Origin: Octopus sinensis
Lineage: Eukaryota
Length of the DNA stretch: 64,000 nucleotides
Reading direction: 5' to 3'
NCBI RefSeq assembly: GCF_006345805.1
Contig: NC_043025.1
Coordinates: forward strand, 310,001-374,000
The stretch's first letter is position 1. Each line of letters opens with the position of its first letter. The notes under the pieces were generated by a model, which saw only the letters and a list, made by a program, of their open reading frames with translations, was not told the origin of the DNA and did not search any database. Below are positions 1-12,616 of the stretch, in pieces. The translations under genes and the position numbers were made by a program.

Positions 1-229
1 GTATGTATATATGTGTATTGCCTGTTATATATGTTATATACATTATATTATTATCTTTATAATTTACTTCCATCTTTACCTTTTAATTGTCACTTTAATT
101 TTAACTTTCCTATGATATACAATTTTCAAGATGGTGTAATTTGGTTGTTCATTTTGAACCGATAAAAAGGTTTTTTTCAAATATTTTATGTATAAGTCTG
201 TGTGTGTATATATATGTATTGGTATAAAT

Positions 230-720
230 ATCAACACACAAAAATATTTTTTTCTTCTTCTCCACTTCCTCCCTTATTTTTATTTATTTTTTATTTATTT
301 TTTTTATTTTTTATTTTTTTATTTTATTTTTTATTTTTATATTTATTCTTATATTTATTTTCCCTTTTCTCTTTTTGTCTCTCTCCCTTTCTCCAAACAC
401 ACAGAGACACACACACACACACGCACACAAACACACACAGACACACAGAGACACACACACACACACACCTCCACAAAACGATCATAGAAAGTATGACCCC
501 AAATGACATTTGTCCGGCCAGCCTACCCACAACACACACTCAGTGACACCAGAATGGATAGAGAGCTAAAATTCTTAGAAAACCATAGGGGGTCCAGCAG
601 GCCAACGGAAATACTTCTTCTTCCCTCTCAGATACAAACGCACACATACACACACACACACACACACACCACACATACACACACATACACACAAACATAC
701 ACACACACATACACACATGT
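230..720. repeat. T-rich low-complexity tract and (CA)n microsatellites
   Basis: Visible directly; accounts for ORFs 188-781. Confidence 0.9.
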
Positions 721-991
721 TTTCTCTGTCTCACTTCCTCCTCACCCTCTTATACTGTCTTATTCCTCCCCACTACTATGAAACTCTATAAAATGTTCAA
801 ATTCCCCACAAAGGAATTGATTTGATTTGAAAACCCCACTGGATTGGGAGCAAGCGCTAATAATCCGAATGATATGATCTGAATGATATGATAGATATAT
901 ATATGTAAAAAATGTAATATATAAATAAATATCTATAAATATGAACCATCCGATCTGATTACCTCATTTTTTCTAATATATATATATATAC

Positions 992-1205
992 AGATCATCA
1001 TCATCATCATACTTGCTTGGCTCAGATAGATTTTCTCGAGGCAGATTCTCCGCAGCTGGATGCTCTCCCTATCGCCAATCCTCTCCTCTTTCCAAGGAAG
1101 CTAACATTTGCCAAGAACTAGACATGTTCCCGCAGAATGTTGGAAATAAGAGACCCTGCTTATATGACAGTGGCACTCATTTACAACTATCACACAAATG
1201 TCAAG
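992..1205 (-). mobile_element. Degenerate RTE-3'-end-type SINE/LINE tail with (GAT)n tail
   Basis: (CAT)n followed by the gctggatgctctccctatcgccaatc motif, homologous to the 3' UTR of the RTE copies at 5029 and 11399. Confidence 0.55.
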
Positions 1206-1410
1206 ACAAAAAGCCGCAGACACACACACACGCGCATGCACACACACGCACGCACGCACACACCCATAACACATACATTCATACATGTTGGCACACATAA
1301 AGAGCTATAATAAAAGACGCTTGTCAGAGTTACATGCAATCAGATTGAACCCAGACCATGTTGTTTGGAAGAAAAGGTCTTAATACACAGTCATCCCAGC
1401 ATATATACGT

Positions 1411-1478
<68 letters not shown>

Positions 1479-1484
1479 TATATT

Positions 1485-1522
<38 letters not shown>

Positions 1523-1564
1523 ATATATATATACGTATATATATATGTATATATAAATATATAT

Positions 1565-1790
1565 GCGTAATCCAAAAATGAAAACACAAAGAGAAAATAC
1601 AACAACGCGAGGACGTGGAACAATATAGTATTATTGGACGCTCAGGAAAGAAGAAAGAAGGAGGGTTTAACGTTTCGAGCGGAGCTCTTCGTCGGAAACA
1701 TAGGAGAAGGAAAGATCCAGAGAAGGGAAGACAGAGGGAAAAAATAACGCCAACGGTACTCACGCGGTCAAGAGAGAGAGTGAGAGATAG
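1565..1790 (-). mobile_element. Non-autonomous Penelope-like (PLE-type) repeat next to (TA)n
   Basis: Contains aacgtttcgagc-ggag-ctcttcgtcgg, typical of PLE pseudo-LTR hammerhead regions; related copy at 6585-6730. Confidence 0.5.
1665..1699 (-). ncRNA. Minimal type I hammerhead-ribozyme-like motif (PLE type)
   Basis: Minus strand reads GUUU-CCGACGA-A-GAGC-UCC-GCUC-GAAA-CGU-U-AAAC: 4-bp stem I, core with U4C and an extra A after A9, 4-bp stem II, palindromic ACGU stem III. Confidence 0.5.
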
Positions 1791-3216
1791 AGATAGATAG
1801 AGAGAGAGATAGAGATAGATAGAGAGAGAGATAGATAGAGAGAGGGAGATAACAAAGTGTACGTACGCCGCTATATAAATATATATATATGATAGATCGC
1901 CATGATAGATCGCTACCCACTAAACCTTTTTAATTTTCTCTCCCTGTCACGCAACTGGCAAAAATGACCAGTTACTGCATATAGCTAGCATTATGTCGAT
2001 TACAATATATCTATATCCAGTACATGAAACACACCTTATTATAACTGATATAGAATGCTGTGCAATAAAATAACTGGTTGAATAACACGAAGCAAACAAG
2101 CAAATATTTCTTTCCATCGTAGAAAAATATAAAACGAGGAATTGCTGATATTTGGTAAGTGAGGAATGTGTTGATGTCACTAATATGAAGAATGGTTTCT
2201 ATGTTTATAACTAATTAATTTGTTTTCTTGTAATTAAACCTACTCTTACTGTTTTCTACTGGTTACTATAACTATACAAATGTCCTTTATATGTGTGTTT
2301 GTGTATATAAATATATACACAATCGTGTTTATGTATATACATACACTTCCATTGACATCCGTCACCCATGCTTCCCTTACATGCTAACATAACTACTTCC
2401 TCCTCTCCTTTTCTATAACTCTGATTGTGATTGTCACTCCCTCTCTCCCCGGTCGCTCACTTCCCCGCTGACCATCATTCTTCCAGTAACCCACCACTTG
2501 TTACGCTCCCCTTAACATCCCTATTTTGACATACACACATTACTATTCTAGAAGCATTACTGCTTCCTTGCCTCGCATCGTAGACCCATCGTCCGCATTT
2601 ACCCTCCCTTCTACCCACTCTTGATCAGGTTACCCAGAACAATTTTAGACAAATGAGGAGCCTGGGGGAAGGCAATGTCTCTAGGACTGGCTTCACAGAA
2701 AATGGAATATGAATGAATGGAGATCTCATAGGGTAGAGAGGAAACTTAGGCTTGTTTTGGTTAGGACATGAGAACCTCCTCAAGGATGGTGTCAGAGCAT
2801 CCAGTACACTCTGCTTTGGGGTCTGCATTAAGAAGGGTTCCCAGCCTTAGCTGCCATTCTAAATAAAAATGGACAACAGAGACATGGTCCACTGGTTAGT
2901 TCTTGAAGGAAGTCAATGCTTATTTGCCAGCATGGAAAGCACACATACGAATGAAAATAACACACACACACACACACAAACACATACACAAATACAGAAC
3001 CATGAACACACACAAGCACATGAATTTGCAGAGTACAACCGGCAGGGGATGGTGGCGATCCCTGCTGTACTCTTTCGCCACTGCTTTCTCTCACTCTTTT
3101 TCTGTTGGCCTGCTCGCTTAGCCAGCGGGGTGGCGTCATTTGAAGGCTAAAACAATGCGAAGCGCATTGTGACCAGTGATGTGTAGCAACATCTGATAGC
3201 CTGGTCCACCACGCGG

Positions 3217-3222
3217 ATCACA

Positions 3223-3266
<44 letters not shown>

Positions 3267-3267
3267 T

Positions 3268-3272
<5 letters not shown>
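3217..3272. repeat. Perfect palindrome centred on (TA)n
   Basis: atcacagtga-(ta)n-tcactgtgat. Confidence 0.9.
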
Positions 3273-3310
<38 letters not shown>

Positions 3311-4137
3311 ATATAGCTACCAGCACCTCGGAAGTAGTAATTACACAAACGAGGGGTAATCTGCTAGCTATTCGTTAGGTCAACCTTTAGTGGCAGATAC
3401 GGCAACTCCAGTTGCCAACCATAAAGTAGAAAGTAACTTTTTTACTGCATATCAATCTTCAATATGGCAAAGTTTACAACCTTCTGCGGATTGTGAAAAA
3501 CTTACTATCATCTTACACGTTCATCATCCTTGGATTTTAACTCTAAATACCGTAGGTTTTTGGATTATAGCATTGCACAGAACAACCTGCGAAACGAATC
3601 CGAGAACAATTAGCAAAGTATTTTCTTTAGAACAAGACATCCGAGGTGATGCATTCTGCACCGGAGGATGCAACAGAACCTGTTGTACAGAATCCAACCA
3701 TCAAAGGACCAGAGGGTCGAAATGATGTGTGTGTGCGTGGGCGAGTGTACATTAATTTTACGGGAGTGGACACTAACTGCCTCAGCAGTTTTATGAACCC
3801 CTTATTAATATAGCAACATCAAAAGTAAACATTAAGCGAATAATTCTTCTTTACTACACTTGATCCGTTAATCATGTCTTCACCCTTGTTCAGTTCTCCT
3901 AAAACTTACTATAGTCAGGAATCTTGATTCCTGACTATAATATGACAACTTAGATTATGTCTCTAATATACACTCAAAGGAAGTTATGGAGGTACTTTAC
4001 GAAGGTTCTCTTTACTGACAGACATCAAGTGTGTATGATTAGTTTGGTCAAGTACCCAGTAGAAGACAGTAATAACACATTGGTATCTACCCGAATTTTC
4101 ATGCAGATTTTCATTTTCTATTTTTAACTCTACAAAG

Positions 4138-4347
4138 GATTATGTTCAGTTTGACATCAAGAACCATCGGGAAATGACACCATTGCTTTTAGCTGTCTCT
4201 GAGGGCCACGTCGGAATGGTGCACCAGCTGATAGCAAAAGGTGCAGACGTAAATGTTGTCAATAATGAAGGCAACAATTGTCTGCACCTGGCTGCGAAGA
4301 CGAAGAGGTTTCATTCCGAGGTTGAACCTTTAAGTATTTTAGATAAG
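4138..4347 (+). CDS. Internal exon of an ankyrin-RING-death-domain gene; ankyrin repeats (DYVQFDIKNHREMTPLLLAVSEGHVGMVHQLIAKGADVNVVNNEGNNCLHLAAKTKRFHSEVEPLSILDK)
   Basis: Acceptor ...tttttaactctacaaag| and donor |gtaagt at 4348; 210 nt, phase 0/0; ankyrin consensus TPLLLAV-x2-GH...GADVN...GNNCLHLAA. Confidence 0.9.
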
Positions 4348-5028
4348 GTAAGTTTGGAAATTGTTTATGAATATATATGTGTGTGTGTGTGGTGTGTGTG
4401 TGTGTGTGTGTGGTTTTGAAAGAAGGAGAGTGAGAGAGCGAGAGAGACAGACAGACAAACATTGACTGTCATGTCTCAATTCACACTCATCAACCTTTCT
4501 TTTAAGTAACCCAGTCCCCCACTTGATAGCCTTAGTTATATTTTGTAACTAGGAAAATTCCATCTCCTGCTACCCTCAAAGCCATGGCCTCTCTACCATA
4601 AAGAAGGTAGCCTATCTTGGACATTGGTCATATAAACACAGCCATTACTGTGTAGAGAAGAGGTGACCTCCTGAAGAGAGGAAATATTCCTTAATAATAA
4701 TGATACAGGTGACATGATAAAAGATAACCTTTATGGTGCTGGTGCCATGATAAATACATCCAGTCCATTCTATGAAGAATTCTTCAAAAGGAGAGATATC
4801 ATATATGCTCTGGCGTTCTGTGGAAATGCCATAACAATGTTGAATCTCAGAACACTAGAGAATGGATACAATGAATTAGGGTCCTTAGGGAGTTTTCCCT
4901 GCATTTAAGCATTGTATGTACAACTACACACACACACACACATATGTTAATATATATATATATATGTATATGTAGATGGCAACGGCTAAATGTATGTGTG
5001 TGTGTAAAGCTAACGACCTATATATATA

Positions 5029-6482
5029 TCATCATCATCGTCGTTTAACGTCCGTTCTCCATGCTAGCATGGGTTGGACGGTTCGACCGGGGTTCTGGGA
5101 AGCCAGAAGGCTGCACCAGGCTCCAGTCTAATTTGGCAATGTTTCTACAGCTGGATGCCCTTCCTAACGCCAACCACTCCGTGAGTGTAGTGGGTGCTTT
5201 TTACGTGCCACCTGCACAGGTGCCAGGCGGGGCTGGCAACGGCCACGGTCAGATTGGTGTATTTTATGTGCCACCGGCACGGAAGCCAGTCGAGGCGGTG
5301 CTGGCATCGGCCACGAGTCGGATAGTGCTTTTTACGTACCACCAGACCAGGGATCCTGGCTGGTTCAATTCGATTTCGCTTGCCCCAACATGTCTTCACA
5401 AGCAAAGGGGGTTGGCAAGGGTGCCTGTCGTACGGTCGCATTGGAGTATTTTACGTGCCACGGCCACGAGTCGGATAGTGCTTTTTACGTACCTCCAGAC
5501 CAGGGATCCTGGCTGGTTCAATTCGATTTCGATTTCGCTTGCCCCAACATGTCTTCACAAGCAAAGGGGGTTGGCATGGGTGCCTGTCGTACGGTCGCAT
5601 TGGAGTATTTTACGTGCCACGGCCCCGAGTCGGATAGTGCTTTTTACGTACCACCAGGCCAGGGATCCTGGCTGGTTCAATTCGGTTTCGATTTCGATTC
5701 GATTTCGCTTGCCCCAACATGTCTTCGCAAGCATGGGGGGTTGGGATGGGTGTCTGTCGTCGGATGAGGTTCTATATCGACTTCGCTTGCCTCAACCGGT
5801 CTTTGTGTCCAAGGGAGGAAAGGCATTCATAAGTGGGCTGGGCTCACTTGTCCTGCCTGGTCTTCTCACGTACAGAATATTTCCAAAGGTCTCGGTCTCT
5901 GGTCATTTCCTCAGTGAGGCCTAAAGTTCGAAGGTCGTGCTTCACCACCTCGTCCTAGGTTTTCCTGGGTCTACCTCTTCCACGGGTTCCCTCAACTGCT
6001 AGGGATTGGCACTTTCTCACACACCTATCTTCATCCATTCTCGCCACATGACCATACCAGCGCAATCGTCTCTCTTGCACACCACAACTGATGCTTCTTA
6101 GGTACAACATTTCTCTCAAGGTGCTAACGCTCTGTCGAGTATGTACACTGACATTACACATCCATCGGAGCATACTGGCTTCATTCCTCACGAGCTTACG
6201 CATGTCCTCAGCAGTCACAGCCCATGTTTCGCTGCCATGTAGCATGGCTGTTCGTACACACGCATCATACAGTCTGCCTTTTACTCTGAGCGAGAGGCCT
6301 TTAGTCACCAGCAGAGGTAAGAGCTCTCTAAACTTTGCCCAGGCTATTCTTATTCTAGCAGTTACACTTTCAGCGCACCCACCCCCACTACTGACTTGGT
6401 CACCTAGATAACGGAAGCTATCAACTACTTCTAGTTTTTCCCCCTGGAAAGTGACGGAAGTTGTTTTCTGCAGATTTTCGGA
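5029..6482 (-). mobile_element. 5'-truncated RTE-clade LINE: post-RT C-terminal region, 3' UTR with about 155-bp tandem units, (GAT)n tail
   Basis: Minus strand encodes VVDSFRYLGD...RIRIAWAKFRELLPLL...LHGSETW...RRLRWYGHVARM...GRGRPRKT; flanked by (TA)n. Confidence 0.92.
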
Positions 6483-6484
6483 GG

Positions 6485-6577
<93 letters not shown>

Positions 6578-6584
6578 GATAGAT

Positions 6585-6730
6585 CACTGGCCACTTCTCA
6601 TTCTTTATTTTCTCTCCTTATTTATTTCTGTGTTGCTTTGTGTGGAAGTGTGGAAGAGCGTAGGCTCGAAAGGTTAAAGTCTTTTTTTGTCTACGCTACT
6701 TGTCTTCGTCTTTTTTTGTGAATTCTCCCT
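6585..6730 (+). mobile_element. PLE-type non-autonomous repeat with a degenerate hammerhead region
   Basis: gaagagc-gtag-gctcgaaaggtt stem II/GAAA motif like that at 1665-1699, but the CUGANGA core is missing. Confidence 0.45.
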
Positions 6731-6788
6731 ATATATATATATATATATATATATAGGGAGAATTCACAAAAAAAGACGAAGACAAGTA
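6697..6788. repeat. Perfect 92-bp palindrome centred on (TA)13
   Basis: tacttgtcttcgtctttttttgtgaattctccc-(ta)13-gggagaattcacaaaaaaagacgaagacaagta. Confidence 0.95.
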
Positions 6789-6789
6789 A

Positions 6790-6823
6790 GAGCTGCGGCC
6801 ATGGTGATGCACCGCCGTTTTTA

Positions 6824-6878
<55 letters not shown>

Positions 6879-7205
6879 ATATATATATATATGTGTGTGT
6901 GGTGTGTGTGTGTGTGTGTGGTGTGTATATATATTATATATATATATATCATATATTATATATATATGTATTATATATATATATATATTATGTATATATA
7001 TATATAATATATATAATATATATATTATATATTGGTTGTCAAGCGAAAGTAGTTACACAAACACATTCTCACGCAATCATACACATACACACGAGGCTAT
7101 AGCAGAAAACTTTTGCCCAAAGTGCCACGTTGTGGGACTGATCCAGGAACAATGTGGTTAGTAAGCATGCTACTTACCACACAACCATTCTTGCGCCTAT
7201 ACATG

Positions 7206-7241
<36 letters not shown>

Positions 7242-7501
7242 ATATATATACATATATATATATAATATATGATATATATATATATATAAATATATACACA
7301 CATATATATACACACATATATATATATATATATGTATATATATACATATATATATAATATATGATATATATATATATAAATATATACACACATATATATA
7401 CACATATATATATATATATAATATATGTATATATATACATATATATAATATATGATATATATATAATATATACAACACACACACACACATATATATTATA
7501 T

Positions 7502-7566
<65 letters not shown>

Positions 7567-7601
7567 TAAAAACGGCGGTGCATCACCATGGCCGCAGCTC
7601 T
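6790..7601. repeat. Inverted repeat of a LINE-tail motif plus TA/GT microsatellite arms around a SINE head
   Basis: agagctgcggccatggtgatgcaccgccgttttt (6790-) is the exact reverse complement of aaaaacggcggtgcatcaccatggccgcagctct (-7601); the adjoining microsatellite interruptions also mirror each other. Confidence 0.8.
7095..7200 (-). mobile_element. tRNA-derived SINE head (octopus OR2/CORE-type)
   Basis: Minus strand ataggcgcaagaatggttgtgtggtaag...cctggatcagtcccac...gcactttgggcaaaag: A-box/B-box-like head followed by a CORE-like segment. Confidence 0.7.
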
Positions 7602-7612
7602 GAGCTGAAACT
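7568..7612 (+). mobile_element. Tail-only retrocopy of a CR1-like LINE 3' end inside (TA)n
   Basis: Nearly identical to the 3' terminus of the LINE at 9608-11245. Confidence 0.7.
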
Positions 7613-7969
7613 TAATATATATATATATATATACATATACAAATCATGCAAAGGCATTCACATCTATCCATCACTTTTGTTAACCGTTGCAGAATTCAAG
7701 CAACTCCCTGCTACCCGTATAAATAAAGGACACTTGAAATGTGGGACTATTTTTTTAACAGTTGATGATTATCTGTGTATTGTAGTAATGTCTACTTTGG
7801 TGTGAGAAACCTACTCTGGCAGCCAGTGACCTCTCCACCGACTGGAATTTTCCATCCGACAAACAGTTCGAACAGTTTATCAACTATAATGTGTTGGTGC
7901 ACATACTCAATCGTGACACCAGTTCGTTCTTCTCTTTCGTCACATTCATCATCAAAACAAATTTTTTTA

Positions 7970-8345
7970 TTAATTCATCATCATCACGTTTTTCTATGCT
8001 GGCAGACGCTGCACTCTTTGACAGGAACTGGCCAGCTGAGGAGCTATCAGGGCTCCATGTCTGTTTCCGTATGCTTTCTATGACTCAGTCCTTTGTCATC
8101 TGCTCTGTGCGGCCCAATGTCTAATGGTCCTTTCTCACCGCTTAATCACACGTCTTCCTGGGTCCACCCCTTCCGCACTTTCCTTCCACAATCAAAGATC
8201 TGCACTTCTTGATGCAGCTGTCTTCATCCATATGCATTACATAATAATACCATCGCAGTCTTCTCTCTCGCACACAACATCCGATGCCTTATATATCCAG
8301 CTTTTCTTTCAAATCCACTTAATTAAGGAAACATTATTGATCTGT
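7970..8345 (-). mobile_element. Degenerate RTE LINE 3' fragment
   Basis: (CAT)n tail on + strand; minus strand resembles RRLRWY...MDEDSCIKKC of the RTE copies. Confidence 0.65.
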
Positions 8346-8349
8346 TTAG

Positions 8350-8600
8350 ATATGTCTGTGTGTTTTTGATTTAGTTATTATGCTTGAGGGCCTTGTTATG
8401 TTGTTGGTATTCTCTTTTCTGGTATAACTTACATTATTTGGGTTGTTATGCTTATATATACAATACTCTTCCGTAAGTATTTCTCTTGCTGTGGCCATTT
8501 GGCTTTATCAAGCCAGTTGTAGAGATAGGTTCTTGTTGGTTTGTTGTCTTTCATTATTGTGACATTTCTGTCCTTATATTTTGTATATTTGACTTGATGT
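8350..8600 (-). mobile_element. Possible decayed Penelope GIY-YIG endonuclease fragment
   Basis: Minus strand YNWLDKAKWPQQEKYLRKSIVY resembles the PLE CNC...CPL.G.CL.KSIVY pre-GIY motif; heavily decayed. Confidence 0.3.
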
Positions 8601-8955
8601 TATAATAACTTTATATTGTGTTTTTATTGAATAGTTTGTGACATTTGTGATTGGCAAGTAAATATTTACTCATTAAATATCATTGTTAAGCAATAACGTT
8701 AACCACTAATGTGCGTTTTGTTCAATATAATGATCATAATTTTTGTCTTAATGTAGAGCGTAAAGTAAAAACAAATGATAATGAAAAGTGGACTCAACTA
8801 AGAGATGATGTAAGAAATCAACGCTGTGTGAATAGTTTAATCACTGGAGAAACAAACTATGTGTAAATGTAGTTGAACTGTTGTGTAATTTGGGGCATCT
8901 TTAGTATATGTTTGTGTAATCTTTAACTCATCATTTTATATTTCATCATTTGAAG

Positions 8956-9131
8956 TACTTAAAACATCTGAAACTGGGAAAGAAAGAAAGGTACTCTGAT
9001 GTGGTAGTTGCTTGCTACCTAGCCCACCACGGGGCCAACTTTTACTGTAAAAACAAAATTGGCAGAACACCATTGGACCTAATAGAAAAGGAAAATTTAA
9101 AAAAGACGTTAAATATGTTATTCCCACCGCA
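8956..9131 (+). CDS. Internal exon; degenerate last ankyrin repeat, mind-bomb-like (YLKHLKLGKKERYSDVVVACYLAHHGANFYCKNKIGRTPLDLIEKENLKKTLNMLFPPQ)
   Basis: Acceptor tttcatcatttgaag| and donor |gtaagt at 9132; phase 0 in, phase 2 out, compatible with both neighbours; GANF...KN..G.TPLDL motif. Confidence 0.88.
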
Positions 9132-9607
9132 GTAAGTATTCACTGGCAATGACAAGATAAACCATTACATTTTCTATTTTGTATATAACCGTGTTTATAT
9201 GTTTATATTGTTTTAATTCTACTGATACATTATACTGTCTTAGTGGCTTAATGAAAGGTTACACAACAGTAAGAAGAACAATAAACAATATGCAGTTGTT
9301 AAGCTAATTAAAGAAAGAACACTATTTTGATTACATTCAAATGATTGGTTGTGTTGACTTTTATACCTCTCCTAAAATCCCCACCCACCTCTCTCAGTTC
9401 CCTATTTTAAAGATTTGGGACCAATGAGAAAATGTAGAAGTAAATAGTGAAGTGATGGAATTTATCTGTCTACCAACAGATTTTCCCTCTGTCTTCTCTG
9501 TCCCACCCAGTCATGTCCATGTGAGCTATCCTGAGAAAATCACTACAAACACATACAATGAGTGTACATACATGGATACATACATACATACGTATTTTTG
9601 TTTCCTT

Positions 9608-11245
9608 GTTTCAGCTCAGAGATGCGGCCATGCTGATGCACCGCCATTTTTTTGCTACATTGTTATTACGACGAACCTCGTCTAATATATGGCACTTGGT
9701 GAAGAATGGGGTTTGACATAGCTACTCTCATTTGCACCTCTTGCCGTGAGGTAGGTTCATCTGGGACTCTCGACAGGAAGATGTCCAGCTTTGATTTAAA
9801 AACCGCTACATCTACTTTGTGCAAGTTCCTCAGACTCTTTGGGAGAATATTAAAAAGCTGTGGGCCCCTGAAACCCAGGCTGTTGCAGAAGCTGGTCCTG
9901 AAGCGTGATGACATTGCTGGGATCTTTGGCATTATGCAGTGTCGCCCCGTGCTAACATTGGTGTAGCTTACAATGCCAAAATTTGGCACAATTCCTTCCA
10001 GGATCTTCCAAGCATATATTACTGTATACCTCTCCCGTCTTCTCTCCAGGGAGTAGAGTCTTTGCTGTTTCAACCTTTCCCAGTAGCTGAGCTGTTGCAA
10101 AGAGACGATCTTCTTTGTGAATCTTCACTAGATTGCTTCAAAATCCGCTGTTAATTTTACACTGGTGGGTGACCATAGCTGTGATCAGTAATCCAGACGG
10201 CTGAGGGCGAATGTCCGCCAGTGGACCATCATGGTTTCCTTATCTCTGGTTCTGAATGTTCTTAGGATCCACCCAGCCAGTCGTTTTCACTTTGTTGCCA
10301 TCCTGGTAACGTGCACTTGGAAAGAGGTATCATCACTCATGTCGATACCCAGGTCCGTCACAGACTTAGGCTCTGGGATTGAAATTCCCTGTGGACCGGT
10401 GTATCATGTAAGTTTAATATTCAGTTTTGGATGCTGGTAGCACAAGGCCTGGATTTTTTTAGCATTAAACTGCATATTATTATCCTCAGCCCATCTGTAG
10501 ATTGAGTCCAACTCCTGCTGCAGGTGTGCAACATTGCTGGGGTTCTGTATTTTCTGCGAGACTTTCGTATCGTCTGCATAGCTGGCCAGAGTGGCTATCC
10601 GGGCATTTGAGGACATATCTGAGAGGGCCACTATAAAAAGCAGTGGTCCCAAGACAGTGCCCTGTGGAACACCACTCACTATTTGTATGTGCATAGAGGT
10701 GGTTCCATTAACCACTACTGCCTGACTCCTATCTTTCAGGAAGTCATGTAACCACACTCCAAGTTTTCCAGCTATGCCGAGGTCACGCAGTTTGTGGCAT
10801 ATCATACCATGATTCACCTTGTCAAAAGCTTTTGCAAAATCAAGGTAGATTACGTCCACATTTGATTTGTTGAGTAACTGCCTCAACACCCAGTCGTAAT
10901 GTTGTAAGAGCTGGGTCAGGCAGCTCCTACCTGGTCGAAAACCACGCTGGGTATCACTCAGCAAGTTATTTTCCTCAAGGAATGCGATTAGTTTCTTTCT
11001 GACTATCCGTTCCATGACTTTGCTGATGTGTGAAGTTAGAGAGATAGGCCTATAGCTTTTGGCATCTGCTCTACTTCCCCCTTTATGTATTGGGCATATT
11101 ATTCCCTCCGTCAGCTTGCTTGGCAGTTTATCATTTGTAAGAATCTTGAGGGGTTTTGCCAGGGCATGCTTACACGCTTTGAGGAGGATTGCTGGGAAAC
11201 CATCTGGACCAGTAATTGAGTTTGTGTCCACTTCATCTATGGCAT
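9608..11245 (-). mobile_element. 5'-truncated CR1/L2-like LINE (RT and C-terminus) with hairpin 3' tail
   Basis: ORF fragments 10404-11309 and 9666-10100: YRPISLTSHISKVMER, YLDFAKAFDKV, SGVPQGTVLGPLLF, YADD, LYSLERRRERY. Confidence 0.93.
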
Positions 11246-11398
11246 TTATACACGCATACATGGATACATAGATATATACTAACATATATATGTATATACA
11301 CACAAACATATATTTATCTTTTTATCTTATATTAAACTTTTTAATACTTGTTGATAGTTATATATATTTGATATATAAATGTATATATAAATGTATAT

Positions 11399-12616
11399 CA
11401 TCATCGTCATCATCATCGTCGTTTAACGTCCGTTCTCCATGCTAGCATGGGTTGGACGGTTCGACCGGGGTTCTGGGAAGCCAGAAGGCTGCACCAGGCT
11501 CCAGTCTAATTTGGCAATGTTTCTACAGCTGGATGCCCTTCCTAACGCCAACCACTCCGTGAGTGTAGTGGGTGCTTTTTACGTGCCACCTGCACAGGTG
11601 CCAGGCGGGGCTGGCAACGGCCACGGTCAGATTGGTGTATTTTATGTGCCACCGGCACGGAAGCCAGTCGAGGCGGTGCTGGCATCGGCCACGAGTCGGA
11701 TAGTGCTTTTTACGTACCACCAGACCAGGGATCCTGGCTGGTTCAATTCGATTTCGATTTCGCTTGCCCCAACATGTCTTCACAAGCAAAGGGGGTTGGC
11801 AAGGGTGCCTGTCGTACGGTCGCATTGGAGTATTTTACGTGCCACGGCCACGAGTCGGATAGTGCTTTTTACGTACCACCAGACCAGGGATCCTGGCTGG
11901 TTCAATTCGATTTCGATTTCGCTTGCCCCAACATGTCTTCACAAGCAAAGGGGGTTGGCATGGGTGCCTGTCGTACGGTCGCATTGGAGTATTTTACGTG
12001 CCACGGCCCCGAGTCGGATAGTGCTTTTTACGTACCACCAGGCCAGGGATCCTGGCTGGTTCAATTCGGTTTCGATTTCGATTTCGATTTCGCTTGCCCC
12101 AACATGTCTTCGCAAGCATGGGGGGTTGGGATGGGTGTCTGTCGTCGGATGAGGTTCTATATCGACTTCGCTTGCCTCAACCGGTCTTTGTGTCCAAGGG
12201 AGGAAAGTCATTCATAAGTGGGCTGGGCTCACTTGTCCTGCCTGGTCTTCTCACGTACAGAATATTTCCAAAGGTCTCGGTCTCTGGTCATTTCCTCAGT
12301 GAGGCCTAAAGTTCGAAGGCCGTGCTTCACCACCTCGTCCCAGGTTTTCCTGGGTCTACCTCTTCCACGGGTTCCCTCAACTGCTAGGGATTGGCACTTT
12401 CTCACACACCTATCTTCATCCATTCTCGCCACATGACCATACCAGCGCAATCGTCTCTCTTGCACACCACAACTGATGCTTCTTAGGTACAACATTTCTC
12501 TCAAGGTGCTAACGCTCTGTCGAGTATGTACACTGACATTACACATCCATCGGAGCATACTGGCTTCATTCCTCACGAGCTTACGCATGTCCTCAGCAGT
12601 CACAGCCCATGTTTCG
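11399..12616 (-). mobile_element. 5'-truncated RTE LINE, near-identical to 5029-6482, with a 12-bp target-site duplication
   Basis: TSD ataaatgtatat at 11387-11398 and 12617-12628; ORF 12229-12603 ends at the native stop. Confidence 0.95.

Noticed and set aside
2123-2154. Possible upstream exon of the ankyrin gene (good acceptor ctttccatcgtag and donor gtaagt; KNIKRGIADI)
   Set aside because: The only open frame exits in phase 2, incompatible with the phase-0 exon at 4138, and no bridging exon was found. It would need an indel error; RNA-seq could revisit this.
5061-5924. 287-aa ORF (and 237-aa twin at 11439-12152) as a host gene
   Set aside because: Antisense to the RTE 3' UTR tandem units; no recognisable domain.
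6645-6680. Second hammerhead ribozyme
   Set aside because: Stem II and GAAA are present but the CUGANGA core and the palindromic stem III are lost.
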